Below the pieces are notes generated by a model. It had not been told where the DNA came from, ran no database searches, and saw only the letters and a list, made by a program, of their open reading frames with translations. DNA of 64,000 bases from Eledone cirrhosa (Eukaryota). The stretch is from NCBI GenBank assembly GCA_964016885.1, contig OZ024747.1:86428001-86492000 (forward strand), given 5' to 3'. This document shows positions 51,565 to 64,000 of this stretch, in pieces (positions within the stretch are counted from its first letter, which is position 1; every line of letters begins with the position of its first letter). The translations under genes and the position numbers were made by a program.

Positions 51565-54500
51565 GTAACTATTTCAGTGACCTTTCATGTTTGAAGCTTC
51601 CCTTGTTTGAACAATCCAGAAACCCTTATTAATATTCTTTTCTTTTTGAATTAACCTAACTGTTTTCTACTTCTAACATTTACTTCTCTAGCAGAATTGA
51701 TAAACGACTTACAATATTAAGTTTTTACCCCCCGTCTCTCTCTTTTTCTCATTAAGGTGTGTGGCTTTGTGGTTAGATTGTTGAACTCACATTCATAAGC
51801 TCGTGTGTTCAATTCTTTAACCAAGTGGCATGTTGAGTTCTTGAGCAAGACACATTCTTTCACATTACTTTCCATATAACTGGAGCTCCTATAATTAAGA
51901 TACTCAAGAAATCTCTTATGAAGTATCAATTAAGGGGTTAGTTGAATTGGCATAAATGTCAGCAGTAAATTTCATTTTCATTTCGTTCTCCCTTTCTTTC
52001 CTCCTTTTTAGTTCAAATGCTGCCAATGGTTTAGGTGTTTGACACACAATCACAAAGTTGTGAGTTTGATTCCCAGACCAAACAGCATGTGGTCTTCAAC
52101 AAGACAGTATTTCACATTGCTCCAGTCCAGTTAGCTAGAAAAAAATGAGTTGTGATGACACTAGTGTCAAGGTGTATCAAAATTAACAGCATAGAGAGAT
52201 GTGACTGGCATGCATGGACAATGCTGGTCTTTCACAAAACAACCTGCCTAGGCTTGTACTTTGAGGAGGAACTTTCCAGCTCCAAACATGGATCAGTCAT
52301 GACTAAAGGGGGCCTATTCACTTTTCACCTTTCTGTCTCCTCATTTTGTATTCAAATATTGCCAAGTGTTGGAGGAAGGGGTGTTGTCTTTGCCTGCCTA
52401 TCATCATTCTAAGGTGCCGAAGGAAGGTTAATAAAATAATTAGCAGGCATGTACTTCATATGATTGACTATAACACTCACCTACAAAAATCAACCAATTT
52501 TATGCTTTCCTATTTAAATCAAAATCTTCCAACATAATTTTATATAAGAACCATATGTTAAATTTCTATCTTTCTAATGAAATAAATAATAATTTTAGTA
52601 AAACTATCAAACATCTTCATTAATTAATTGAAATAGAGTGCATTTCATTAAAAATATTGTTACAAAAGAGTTAAGCAATTTGGTAAAAAATAAATAAACC
52701 TCTAAAAAATATATTTCAAAAATTTTGAAAGTAGATATAAAAAAACCCAAGTACTTCACCAGTATTTTTTCTTTTACTATAAGACCTTTTTAAAAAAAAT
52801 CTGTTAGCTTGGGTATTTTGTTTTATTATTCTGGATGCTGTTATTTTGGAAGTGTGCAAATAGCTATTAAAGATATCAATTATGACTGCAAAGTTTGTTG
52901 GCAATAAGTTAAACATTTTATAAATCAGTGTCAATGGGAAGAAATCTGTTGGTCTTAATCATTGTCTTAGGGCTAGAGGAAAATGTTTCTTATGGGTCAC
53001 GACTCTCAGTGACTCTTTTACTCTTTCTCATCTCCTAGATGCCATGGCAAAGGTGGAGTGGGAGTCACTGCATCTGTAATAAAAGGAATAAACTACTCTA
53101 CAGAAATATACTTTATCAGTGAACAATCTCTTTTAGCTTGTGACATTCAAAACGTTTGAGGGTGTGGGTCAGTGATAATTACCGTATATGCTTGTATATA
53201 AGTCTAGAAATATATTAAAAAAAAAAAAAAATCATTGGTAAAATGAAGTCGACTTATATTCGAGGTCAATATTTTGACAATTTTCACCAAATTCAAATTC
53301 TACATAAATAAGATGCTAAAATATTTGGAGTGATTATTTTACAATGAAACACTGTTTTTCTACATTTACTACATTATTATGAGTGTTATTTATGCATTCC
53401 CTTGAGAACATTCTCAACAAATTTTTATAATTTGAACTTTTTATTATATAAATATCCCTTACACATATGTGCAAACGTGCACACTTACATACATGTGCAC
53501 ACATGCTCCATCTGTTTTGTGTTTTATTGCTCTCTCTGTCTCCCTTCACTCACTCTCACCCTCTCTTTTGCTACTCTGCTTCTTCTCCCTCTAGCTTGCT
53601 GTCTCTCCCTCTCCCTTCTACTCTGAATCCTTATTCAATGTTCTCCTTGTTGTTCTCTTTCTTTCAACTATTCCCTATTACTTATGTTCCCATGCACATA
53701 GTTTCAATTTCCCCCAAGTATTTTTAATGGTCTCCATAATGATTAATGAAATTTAAAAAGGAATATATTAAACTCAAAATATATCTCAATGGGCAATCGG
53801 ATAAAAGGGTAGAATTTGATATATTATTAATATATCAAATTTATCAAATAATAATCTGGCTGATTTAAACAAATTTAACCAGCTTACATGGCTTTAAAAA
53901 CATCGAACTGAATGTACTAATCAACTAATAAAGAAAACAATATTTTCCAAAACTATACTAGTGTTGAATATTGAATTGTTTAGTTAACATGCAGGTGCAT
54001 GACGTGTGTAAGTTTTAAAAAAACCTATCTAAAGCTTTAATACATTAAATTATTTCCAATTTTTAAAGGCACGCATTTTATTTGATGTGCATATTAAATA
54101 AAATCAGTTATATTTGGGAGATGGTGCTATTGTTGTCTACTCAAAAAATAAAAAAAGATGCAAAATGCTCCCTAATTTGAGTAGCCGGAAGTAAAAAAAA
54201 ATTTGAAAAACTTGTTTAAACTTTATAAAAATGGATGAAATGGTAAAAAAAAGACCCATTATGTAATGGAGTTGTGAAACAAAAACTATACTCTAAACAA
54301 TACTTAAAATGTTTTAAATGTCAAAACATTAAAACTTCATAAATATATTCTCCACTCATGAGAATTTCAAAATCACAAAATCTAAACATTATATTTAGAT
54401 CAATTTATATTTGAGTATATATATGATCAATTTATATTTGAGTATATATATATAAGTGAGTTCTTATCATTGCTGGCAATGATAAGAACTCACTTCACTG

Positions 54501-54964
54501 AAATATTAGGTGATGGTCATGAAGGTGCTTGGATATTTCTGTGTCATAGCATTGCTATCACCTGCAGTGAGTGGCTTGGCTTCTTTCAAAATATTTTATA
54601 GGGAAATACTAACATTTACTAACAGTTACCGAGTGTGCATCTCATTTTTTCCTCTCACTGATTTTAATCAATTTGTTTCTTTTGTATATCATACATTGTG
54701 TTTCTATGTACATGATATTCATAATATTGAATAAATTATATATACTAAATATAACAAATTTAATTGGAAATTCTGTTGATAATGGTGTTGCTAATCAATA
54801 TGTTATATTAATAACAGCCCATAAATTATATAAAAGAATGCTTAAAGTAAATTGTTTAAATAATTATATGTTTTAGAGAAATGTAGAATTCTGAAAACTT
54901 TTGCCATGAATTATATTGATTATATTTCAATTTTTTGTTTATTGATTTTTTTTATTTTCTGAAG

Positions 54965-55051
54965 CTTCCAATTACACAGTTTCTGTTTATGCTGTTAATT
55001 CTATTGGAACGGGTCCGAAAGCTGAGTGTATGATTCAAACCCGATCTGAAA
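54965..55051 (+). CDS. FN3 domain exon, C-terminal half (missed by the ORF track)
   Basis: Long T tract + AAG acceptor, ASNYTVSVYAVNSIGTGPKAECMIQTRSE, donor A|GTGAGT; 87 nt. Confidence 0.9.
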
Positions 55052-55169
55052 GTGAGTATATTCTAATCATTTGTATTTCGGGTATTTAGAGGTACAGATT
55101 AAGAAACTTTTACTCAAAGTACCAAGAACTGAAAACCTAAAATATCCAAATGCTTTCTAGTGCTAAAAC

Positions 55170-55350
55170 ATTATATTAAACTCCCCTCAGGGTACAAGTG
55201 TTATGTATAAAACTATATTCAGGGTATATATAATTTATATAAAACTAGCTTCAGGTTATTTGTAATAGACATAAAACTACTTTCAGGTTATAGATAATTT
55301 ATATAAAAGTATATTCAGGGTACATATAATTTATATAAAACTACCTTTAG
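55170..55350 (+). repeat. Degenerate minisatellite of about 33 bp (TATAAAACTACCTTCAGGGTATATATAATT)
   Basis: About five units; the unit reappears at about 56871, after the inserted elements. Confidence 0.65.
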
Positions 55351-56491
55351 TGTTATATTTGGGGAGGGTCATGTTGTCCTAATATTGTCAAAAATAATAA
55401 TAAAATACACTTATTGTTTGGTTTGGTTTTTGCTTCAGTATATTTTTATATTTCTATAAATAATTTATCTGGCAATCAGTGTTTATCATTGATTGACCAA
55501 CAGTTAAAAATATAAATATAAATATAATTTCTTAAAGTTCTTTCATCACACATTTCGGTGACATCTGTTTCTCCCTGTTGTGTTTCTATAATGTTTTATT
55601 TTTTGGTTGTCTCTGTTTATGTATGCATTTGTGGGATTTTATGGTAGTTCCTGGCTTTTCTACTACCTTAATACTTATATAGGTTTTTCTAAGGGCCTTT
55701 CTAAATTGACTAGCTAGTTCACTTCCAGGGGTTTCATCCATGAATATCATACTTTGGTATCTCTGGTTGTCATACCATGAGTTGGTTTTCCCTATTTTTT
55801 TCCTAGTCCTATCTATGCTATTCCATGGTTTGCTCCTGTTCATCTCTATGAGGGTTTTGTTTTTCACCATGGCCCCTTTGTACACTCTCATACCGTCTCT
55901 TTGGCTGTAGCTAGAGAACTGTAATGCAATGGATGAAGTGTTGTATGTGTCTTTCTAGTCCAGTTGGATTGCACTTGCGGGACACATTTTTCATTACTCT
56001 TAATAAGTCCGCGATCAGGGTATTAAACTTAGCACTATTGGACATCGCTGAGTTTTTGTGTATTAGGTAGTTGGAGGCCATAAGTTTAGCATAATGTGAG
56101 TGGAGGATTTGAGCTTTCTCGTTTATAGTATGTAACCAGAGTTCAGTGTCTAATACTGGTAGTTTATTGTTAGGGATTTTGGTAGGGTAGTCTAAAGTTA
56201 CTTTGATCCTCTGGTGTATGGAATTAGCTATTTGCTGGAAACTCTCCATTGTGTTAGCTTCTAATTCAAGTTCATAGGTACTCTCTTGTGGGGAGTGTTT
56301 TTATTACTATATTAATGTTGTCTACATAATGAGACTACATTATGAGAGCTATGGAGTTCTCTGATAAGCATTCTTTATTTATTATTATTTTTGGCAATAT
56401 TAGGACAACATGACCCTCCTCAAATATAACAATATCTGTTTCAACACACAATTTCATATAAAAAACCTTGCAAAACAAATACATCACTGCC
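55351..56491 (-). mobile_element. Penelope-like element fragment (RT thumb/linker) with inverted pLTR ends
   Basis: ORFs 55911-56249 (QIANSIH..IKVTLDYP....NKLPVLD..LW) and 55586-55891 (IF..ETPGSELA...IKVVEKPGTTIK); 53-bp inverted repeats 55351-55403 and 56379-56431; ACCTTTAGTGT repeated at 55343 and 56492. Confidence 0.75.
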
Positions 56492-56513
56492 ACCTTTAGT
56501 GTATATATATATA

Positions 56514-56787
56514 TCCAGTCCGAAGCAAATGAGATTGTGTAGGTGTCACGACAAAAGAACACACAGTCCACGCTGTAATATGGCCATGTAGGCAACACGG
56601 TAAAAACCTCCCAGTCCCACACTAAATGTGGTTGGTGTTAGGAAGGGCATCCAGCTGTAGAAAACCCACCAGACAGTCCTATGCGAGCAAGACAACCACT
56701 CTTGCCTCAAGTGGGAAAACTCCTGTCCAAACCCATGCAAGCGTGGAACATGGACGTTAAACGATGATGATGATGATGATGATGATA
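56514..56787 (+). mobile_element. RTE 3' UTR stub
   Basis: Matches 38793-39068 and ends in (GAT)n. Confidence 0.9.
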
Positions 56788-56924
56788 TATAGTGTATACA
56801 TATGTATATATATATATAGTGTATATATATGTATATATATAGTGTATATATACATGTATATATATCAGCAATATAAAACTACCTTCAGAGTATATGTATA
56901 AGTGGTATTATGATATAAATTTTA

Positions 56925-57043
56925 TGTTTAGGGTTGGGTTCCATCCCTAAGCTGTTCTATACAAATATTCCAAATTTCAAAAAGATCCCAAATCTGAAAC
57001 ACTTTTGATCCTAAGCATTTCAGATAAAGGGCTCTCAGCCTGT
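56925..57043 (+). mobile_element. Tigger/pogo-family MITE end
   Basis: AATATTCCAAATTTCAAAAAGATCCCAAATCTGAAACACTTTTGATCCTAAGCATTTCAGATAAAGGGCTCTCAGCCTG|TA resembles the 3' end of MER2-type Tigger MITEs as I recall it. Confidence 0.55.
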
Positions 57044-57199
57044 AGTAGTAGTAGCAGCAGCAACAATAGCAGCAGCAGCAGCGGCAGTAGTAGTAGTGGT
57101 AGTAGTAGTAGCAGCAGCAGCAGCAGTAGCAGCAGCAGTAGTAGTAGTATAACAGCATTTTCTTTATCTCACTCTCTCTTTTTCGCTTTCATTTTTCAG

Positions 57200-57387
57200 C
57201 ACCCGATGCAGTAAAAATCTTCGTTAAAGACACAACAGCTGTTAATGTCACCCTTTCCTTAGGTGAACCAAACGTTTTTAAGGGAGATATCCGTGGGTAT
57301 ATAATTGAAATTTCTGAGATAGACAAGAAAAAAAAAAATGGAAAGTCAACAATAATATATCATATTAAATTCCAAGACTGCTGGCTG
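57200..57387 (+). CDS. FN3 domain exon, N-terminal half (missed by the ORF track)
   Basis: TTTTTCAG acceptor, PDAVKIFVKDTTAVNVTLSLGEPNVFKGDIRGYIIEI...FQDCWL, donor GTAAAG; phase 1 to 0. Confidence 0.85.
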
Positions 57388-57631
57388 GTAAAGACTCATA
57401 CGTTTCAATATTACATATTTCAGTATTTTATTAGTCTTTTTGATATGAAACTGCATGAAATTGTACCTGGTTCTATGATACTAAGCAATTCCTTTTAAAG
57501 TATGTATATTTGTCCAAATCCTTATGGACTTTACCTGCAATTCAAAGAAACAACCTTGTCATCTTGTGTGACACTGATTCCACATGAAGATTATGTTAAG
57601 GAATATTCAGCTACTTTGCCTCCATATATAT

Positions 57632-57723
<92 letters not shown>

Positions 57724-57853
57724 AGAAGCAAGACATTGCTTATTGTGATCCAGTTCTTGGTTATAGCAATATAAGGTTGCACTTACCAATGAAACGGTCG
57801 TAAATACCTGGATAAAATCCTTCTCTTAATGCTTACCTGCGTTTTCTCTTTTA

Positions 57854-57905
<52 letters not shown>

Positions 57906-58044
57906 ATATATATATATATTCAGCCACTTTGCCTCCATATATATACATATATATATAGGTAAGTTATTCCGGGTTGAATCGGAGGTAACCACACTAAGTA
58001 AGGTACTCAATACATAGCAGAGTATAAAAGTTTTAATATAGATG

Positions 58045-58095
58045 AGATTCTACAGGACTAGAACTGTTTCATTCTTTAGAAATTATCAGGAATCT
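58045..58095 (-). ncRNA. Hammerhead motif with G8A change in a short Penelope-type module (57958-58095)
   Basis: Minus: agattc-CUGAUAA-tttc taaa gaat-GAAA-cag(ttctagtc)ctg-UA-gaatct. Confidence 0.6.
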
Positions 58096-58185
58096 ATGCT
58101 CTAACCACTAAGCCATGTGCCTCCATATATATACATATATATATATACATACATATATACACACACACACACATATATATATATA

Positions 58186-59756
58186 CAGTGCCCCGCAAAA
58201 GTTTACAACACATTAGGAAAAATGCGGTTTTAGATATTTTTAATAAAGTTAGAGTAATGAAAATTTAACTACTGATAGAACATATAATGAGGCATTTAAT
58301 GATACAATCATATTTAAAAAAAAATAACAAGGAAATAACTCATGAAAAAAAAATCAATATTTTTATAACGCAAAAGTTTACAACACATTTTATAGTCATC
58401 GCTTTTTTTTCAAGAAAATTCTTAAATTTTCAGATTTAAAATTCAGTAGAATGTTCTAGATTAGGTTTCAGGTAACTTCTAAGGACTATTAAAAACATTA
58501 CGTCATTATTTGTCTGACAACCATCCTGTAAACATTGACAACCGTCCTATAAACATTGACAATATGGGGAAAAATAAACTGATTGATCAAGACCTCCGTA
58601 AACGCATTGTAGACCTTCATACAAATGGTGTTGGTTATAGAAAGATATCTTGTCAGTTAAATGTGCCATTGAGTTCAGTTGGTACTATAATTCGTCACTG
58701 GAAATCTCATCATTCTATCTGTCCTCTAATTAGTTTTGGTCGTCCTAGAAAGATAACGGAACGTGCAGCTCGGTTATTGACGAGAAAGGTTGGCAACGAA
58801 CTCCAGTGTACTCATTAAAATCTTTAGGATGACCTAGAAGGAAGTGGAGTAAAAGTGAGCACAGATACAATTCGTCGTTCACTTCGTCGATATAATATCT
58901 TCTCGAGGTCTCCAAGGAAAACACCACTTCTTACGAGGAAACAAGTTCTTCGTCGATTAAACTTTGCAAATGAGCATCTCATCAAATCTGCGTCATTTTG
59001 GGAAGATGTACTTTGGTCAGACGAAACAAAAATTGAACTTTTGGGTCGAAATGCTGTGGCAAAAGTCTGGAGAAAGAAAGGTACTGAATATTCGCCGAAG
59101 AATACTATTCCAACTGTAAAATTTGGAGGTGGATCAATCATGGTCTGGGGTTGCTTTAGTGCCACAGGTGTAGGAAATATTGAAATAATAGAAGGAAGAA
59201 TGGGTGGCGCTTATTATAGAGGTATTTTGCAAAGGAATTTACATCAAAGTGCACATTCTCTCAGCTTAAAGCCAGGTTTGTTTTTTCAACAAGATAACGA
59301 TCCAAAGCATACTGCAAAGCTAACACAATCTTGGGTAAGTACGAATGGAATAAATGTTCTAAAATGGCCAAGTCAGTCTCCAGATCTTAACCCGATCGAA
59401 AAAGGAAACCCCAAAATATCCCTGATCTAAAGAAAATTTGTTGTGAAGAATGGAAAAATATTAGCCAAGAAACATGCAAGAAGTTTGTAGGAGGCTACTC
59501 CAAACGCCTACAGGCTGTAATTAGCAACAAAGGTTACGCTACGAAATATTAAGAGATGATTTAATAAATGTGTTGTATACTTTTGCGTTATAAAAATATT
59601 GATTTTTCTCTATGAGTTATTTTCTTGTTATTTAAAAAAAAATATGATTGTATCATTAAATGCCTCATTATATGTTCTATGAGTAGTTAAATTTTCATTA
59701 CCCTAACTTGATTAAAAATACCTAAAACGTATTTTTCCTAATGTGTTGTAAACTTT
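58186..59756 (+). mobile_element. Tc1-family DNA transposon (IR/DR type), defective
   Basis: TA|CAGTG start; TIRs of about 200 bp, each with two GCAAAAGTTTACAACACATT direct repeats; the outermost part of the right TIR is missing. Confidence 0.92.
58564..59552 (+). pseudogene. Tc1 DD34E transposase pseudogene
   Basis: HTH with [19 protein letters not shown]-(34)-[14 protein letters not shown]; in-frame stops at 58816 and 58825 and a deletion after NPIE. Confidence 0.92.
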
Positions 59757-60590
59757 ATATATAGTGGTTAGAACATTGGCCTTGCAATCGAAAGGTTGTG
59801 AGTTCAATTCTCAGACCGGGTGATGTGTTGTTTCCTTGAGTAAGACACTTTATTTCACATTGCTCCAGTTTACTCAGCTGTAGAAATGAGATGATAGGGA
59901 CTGGGGTCCATATCATTCCACTGCAAAGTGGTCGTGGAGGTGCCACGGCAAAAAAAGCACCCAACACTCACTGTAAATGAGGTTGGTGTTAGAAAGGGCA
60001 TCTAGCTGTAGAAATCAAGCCAGAATCAGTTCCCATCCCACCCTTGCAAGCAGGGAAAAGCGGACGTAAAATGATGATGATATGTATTATATATATATAT
60101 ATATTATATATATTATATATATATTATATATAACTAACTGGCACTTCGTTTACGACGGGTGTTCCAGCTGATCTGATCAATGGAACAGCCTTTTTGTGCA
60201 AGTAACTGAGCATTCCACAGACATACGTACCCTTAACGTAGTTCTTAGAAGGTTTCAGTGTGACACAGAATTTGACAATGCTGGCACTTCGAACTACAGG
60301 TAATTTTTCCAGCTGAGTGTACTGGAGCAATGTGAACTAAAGTTTCTTGCTCAAGGACACAATATACTGCCAGTAAACAAACTCATGACCATACGATTGT
60401 GAATCAAATACCCTAACCACAAAGCCATGTGCCTTCATATTATATACATGTGTGTGTGTTTGTGTGCCCACGCATGTGTGTGCATGTGTGTGTGTCTCTG
60501 TGTGTAATTATTGTTTAATCATTCTACTGTTCAATAAAGAAAATAATTATCATAAACTTAAGTATGTTTCCTTGTTGTTCTCTTTCATAG

Positions 60591-60786
60591 GTCAATTCCT
60601 CATCTAATAGCTGTTCTTGTCTAGGAAATGATCATGTGAATAATACAATCACTCTCCAGTCTTTGAATCAAAGTTTTACCTTGACTAGACTGACCCCATA
60701 TACAAGGTATTCCATATCAGCCAAAGCTTATACAGATGCTGGTTGTGGAGTGAAGAGCAACAAAACCATCAAGACAAATGAAAGTG
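60591..60786 (+). CDS. FN3 domain exon, C-terminal half (missed by the ORF track)
   Basis: TCTTTCATAG acceptor in phase 0, ...SFTLTRLTPYTRYSISAKAYTDAGCG...IKTNES, donor G|GTAAGT. Confidence 0.9.
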
Positions 60787-61591
60787 GTAAGTAGACATCT
60801 TCATGGCTGCATGCTTAACAGAATTCTGACAGGACCATGGGTTTAAGAATATGCTTAATAGAGTGCTGGAAGGACTGGGTGGTTATGGATATGTTGAACA
60901 GAGTATAGTGAGGTTAATAAGCTTAACAGGACACAGGAAAGCTTGTGTTGCTAAGAATATGCTCAACAGGCCACAGAGAGGACAGTTCCTTGCAAACACA
61001 TGGTTCATGATTCAATCTCAGTATGTGACATGTTGGAAAAGTATCATCTATCATGGCCTTCTTCTTCTTCTTCTTCTTCTTCTTCTTCTTCTTCTTCTTC
61101 TTCTTCTTCTTCTTCACATACTCAAGTTGTATTGGACCTCTGTTGGTTCCAATGACAAATGTTCCAGTTGTTCAAATGATGGAAGAACCTGCTTGTGAAA
61201 TAAATATTCAAATGACTGAATATTCCACAGATATGTGCACTCTAAACATAGTTCTTAAGGAGATCTAGCATGGCATAGTGTGTGTGACAAGATTGACCTT
61301 TTAAATTACAAGCACAACTCACATTTCCCAGCTGAGATGACTGGAACAACATGAAATAAAATGTTTTGCTAAAGACAAAATGTGTCTAGATGGGAATTGA
61401 ACTCACAATCTTATGATCATAAACTGACTACATAAAAGACTGAACCATGCACCTTCACACTTTCTCAAGAAAAATACAAATATTTCCACATCTCTTTTTT
61501 TGTTCAATAAAAATGTTAGTCTTCATGTTTGTGTGTCCAGCTTTTCTCACAAGACAATGAATTATGAAAATAAAGGTTTCATTAAAGTTAA

Positions 61592-61829
61592 CTCTTTTGA
61601 AAATAACTCAGCCAAAACCACCCCTGGTTTTATAAAACAAAACCATCCATTTTAAAGGGCTCTTATTTATATTGAAATCTTCCAACATAATATGGTGTAA
61701 GAATCTGTTATTATGTTACAAATACCATCTTAACAATGAAACAATTTTTAATTTTAATAAATCCCTCCAAATTCTTCTTCAATTAATTCAAATACAGTGA
61801 ATTTCTTTCGAAATATGGTACCAAAAGGG
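61592..61829. mobile_element. Degenerate piggyBac-like MITE
   Basis: TTAA-CTCTTTTG ... CAAAAGGG-TTAA ends. Confidence 0.55.
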
Positions 61830-61858
61830 TTAACTATTATTTTTTTTCTGTGTTTCAG

Positions 61859-62116
61859 CTCCATCTAAAGTGCAAAATTTTATGGTAGTTGATAAAGGAA
61901 GCAGGTGGATTAAAGTGAATTGGACATGTCCCATGTATCCTAATGGAATCATTCAGATATATCTTATCATATTCGACAATATCACGAAATATATCAATGC
62001 CACCAGCTTTCAATTTCAAAATCTCAAACCATATCACAACTATACAATTGATGTAGCTGCTATGACTATTATGAAGGGTGAAATCTCTAGGCTTAAAGTC
62101 CAAACATATTCTGATG
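61859..62116 (+). CDS. FN3 domain exon
   Basis: TTTCAG acceptor, APSKVQNFMVVDKGSRWIKVNWTCPMYPNGII..Y...NLKPYHNYTIDVAAMT..GE....VQTYSD, donor G|GTAAAT; 258 nt, phase 1-1. Confidence 0.92.
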
Positions 62117-62759
62117 GTAAATCATTCTATTTTAATTCATTTCATAATTTCTAAATGTGATAGAAAATAAATGAAAAAGATCAGAACCAATCATTGAATC
62201 AGATAAAAGAAACTGCTTCTTTTCTTTTATACCATTGCTGATATTATGTGCTGGTTGCAACTACTAGCAGAAGGATGGTGGATTTCACCTCAGAAATCAC
62301 AGAGCTAGTTCAGATACCACAAGGCATCTAGTTAAGCTCTGTAGCAATTCTACCAATCCACCATACCTAGACTGGTACTTTATTTATCAACTCCAAAAGG
62401 ATGAAAGGTAAATCTGACCTCAATGAGATTTGAGCTCAGTGTGCAGCACACCAAAACACACCCTGAAATATTTAATCCAACACTCTAACAGCTTTACCAG
62501 TTTACTACCTAAATGCAAATTAGATGCTGTTGTCAATATGATCAACTAAAATCTTTTCAAAGTGGCAGTGCTCCAGCATATAACTGAGATCAGTAAAAGT
62601 AAAACACAGTGGTGGATGAAATCCTTGTGTTATTTTGTTTCTTTCCTTGACATTTTGTGTTGAGAGCCTCCAAAGTTAACTTCTTATTTTATCAAGTACA
62701 GTGACTGATAAGCCAGCTATATCTTACCAAGTATAAATGAAAAGGGCTTAGTCCTACTG

Positions 62760-63085
62760 CCTTCCACATTACTTCCCACCACTCCTCTCACTTACTCACT
62801 TTCATCCTTCTTCAACACATGTCTGAACCATTTAACTCCATTTGTCTTTACAACATTCATCACTGACTCTATCCCTGTCATCCTCTCCTATTCATTGTTT
62901 ATCTCCCTCTCTCTCTCTCAGTGATACTCCAGTCTTCCCAGACCATTCTCATTTCTGTTCTCTCTAGCCTTCTCTGTTGCCCCATGTTCATCATCCATGT
63001 CTTACTCTTATAAATCACAGCACATCTCATACATGCAGCATACACCTTTCTCTTCAATTTTAATGACACTCTTCTCATAAGCATG
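62760..63085 (-). mobile_element. Old RTE C-terminal fragment
   Basis: SLKLKRKVYAACMRCAVIY.SKTW......RRLERTEMRM. Confidence 0.7.
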
Positions 63086-63269
63086 CCACTTATTGTGTAT
63101 TTCCCTTATTTAAAAAATTCTTTAACTTGTTTCAGTCATTAAATTGTGTCCATACTTTAAAGGTTCAATCAAACATATTGATCCCAGCACTTTATTTATC
63201 CTGCCTTGTATTGATCTTTATAGGTCAAATTGTAGAGTTATAGGACTTAAACAAACAATAGATGTAAAG

Positions 63270-63609
63270 CAGAGGTTCTCAAAGTAGGTGCTACCCCCCC
63301 CCCCCCCCCAAGAAGGTCCAGGGGGTGCTATGGCCTAAGGGAGCAGTGACGGAGTTGGGCGGTAGAGATGATATAATAGTATATTAAATATCAAATAGTA
63401 CATATTATATATAAATATAGTAAAATAAAAAATATATAATATTTATTTATACATAATATATATTATATTATTTATTATATATAAATTAACGATTTTATTT
63501 ATTAGATAATTTTTACAAGGCAGGTCTCTCTGGAAATAGGGCTGGGGGTGCTGAGGGTATTGCATGGCTGTGAGGAGGGCGGTGGCCCAAGATGTTTGAG
63601 AACCTCTTC
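63270..63609. mobile_element. hAT (Charlie-like) MITE
   Basis: TIRs CAGAGGTTCTCAAA / TTTGAGAACCTCT and 8-bp TSD ATGTAAAG (63262 and 63610). Confidence 0.75.
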
Positions 63610-64000
63610 ATGTAAAGACAGGCAAAGGTACACACACATACACAGACTCCTCCCCATACTCATGCACACACACACACAACAGGCTTCCCCACAGTTTCCA
63701 TCTACTAAATTTCACTCAAATGTCATTGACCAACTTGAGATTACAGAAGTAGATAGTTCCCAAGAGCCATGTAGTGGGACAGAACACAAAACAACTTGGT
63801 TGCAAAGCAAGTTCTTTAAACACACAGTCATGCCAACATCTATATATGCAATGTTATTTTTAGGGAAGGCACATGGCAAAATTATTAGAGTACTTAGCTC
63901 ATGGCTATGAATGTGAAGGCACATGGCTTAGTGGTTAGAGCATTGGGCTTGCAATCGAAAGGTTGTGAGTTCAATTCTTGGACCGAGTGATGAGTTGTTT

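Noticed and set aside
57005-57214. Poly-Ser ORF
   Set aside because: (CAG/TAG)n trinucleotide repeat in the intron; the real exon begins at 57200 after a pyrimidine tract.

Overview
AT-rich animal genomic DNA, most likely an octopus or other coleoid cephalopod (inferred from the SINE/RTE/Dong/Penelope repeat mix and very dense (TA)n, (CA)n and (GAT)n microsatellites). One host gene runs on the + strand as nine phase-compatible GT-AG exons (12708-62116, continuing beyond the window). It encodes a signal peptide, a Ser/Thr-rich stalk and about five heavily N-glycosylated fibronectin type III domains, like the ectodomain of a receptor protein tyrosine phosphatase. The rest is mobile DNA: a young RTE LINE family (one near-intact copy, two long inverted copies and several 3' stubs), older RTEs, clustered R4/Dong LINEs in (TAA)n, Penelope-like elements, a Tc1 (DD34E) transposon, a deleted Helitron, mariner/piggyBac/hAT/Tigger MITEs and tRNA-derived SINEs. 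Most notable: (1) about ten type-I hammerhead ribozyme motifs in short (TA)n-embedded Penelope-type modules, several sharing a downstream ACTC/GAGT hairpin; (2) a C4HC3 PHD finger inserted inside the RTE reverse transcriptase; (3) about 31 bp of complementarity between the RTE start-codon region and its 3' UTR. All calls were made by eye, and repeat boundaries are approximate.
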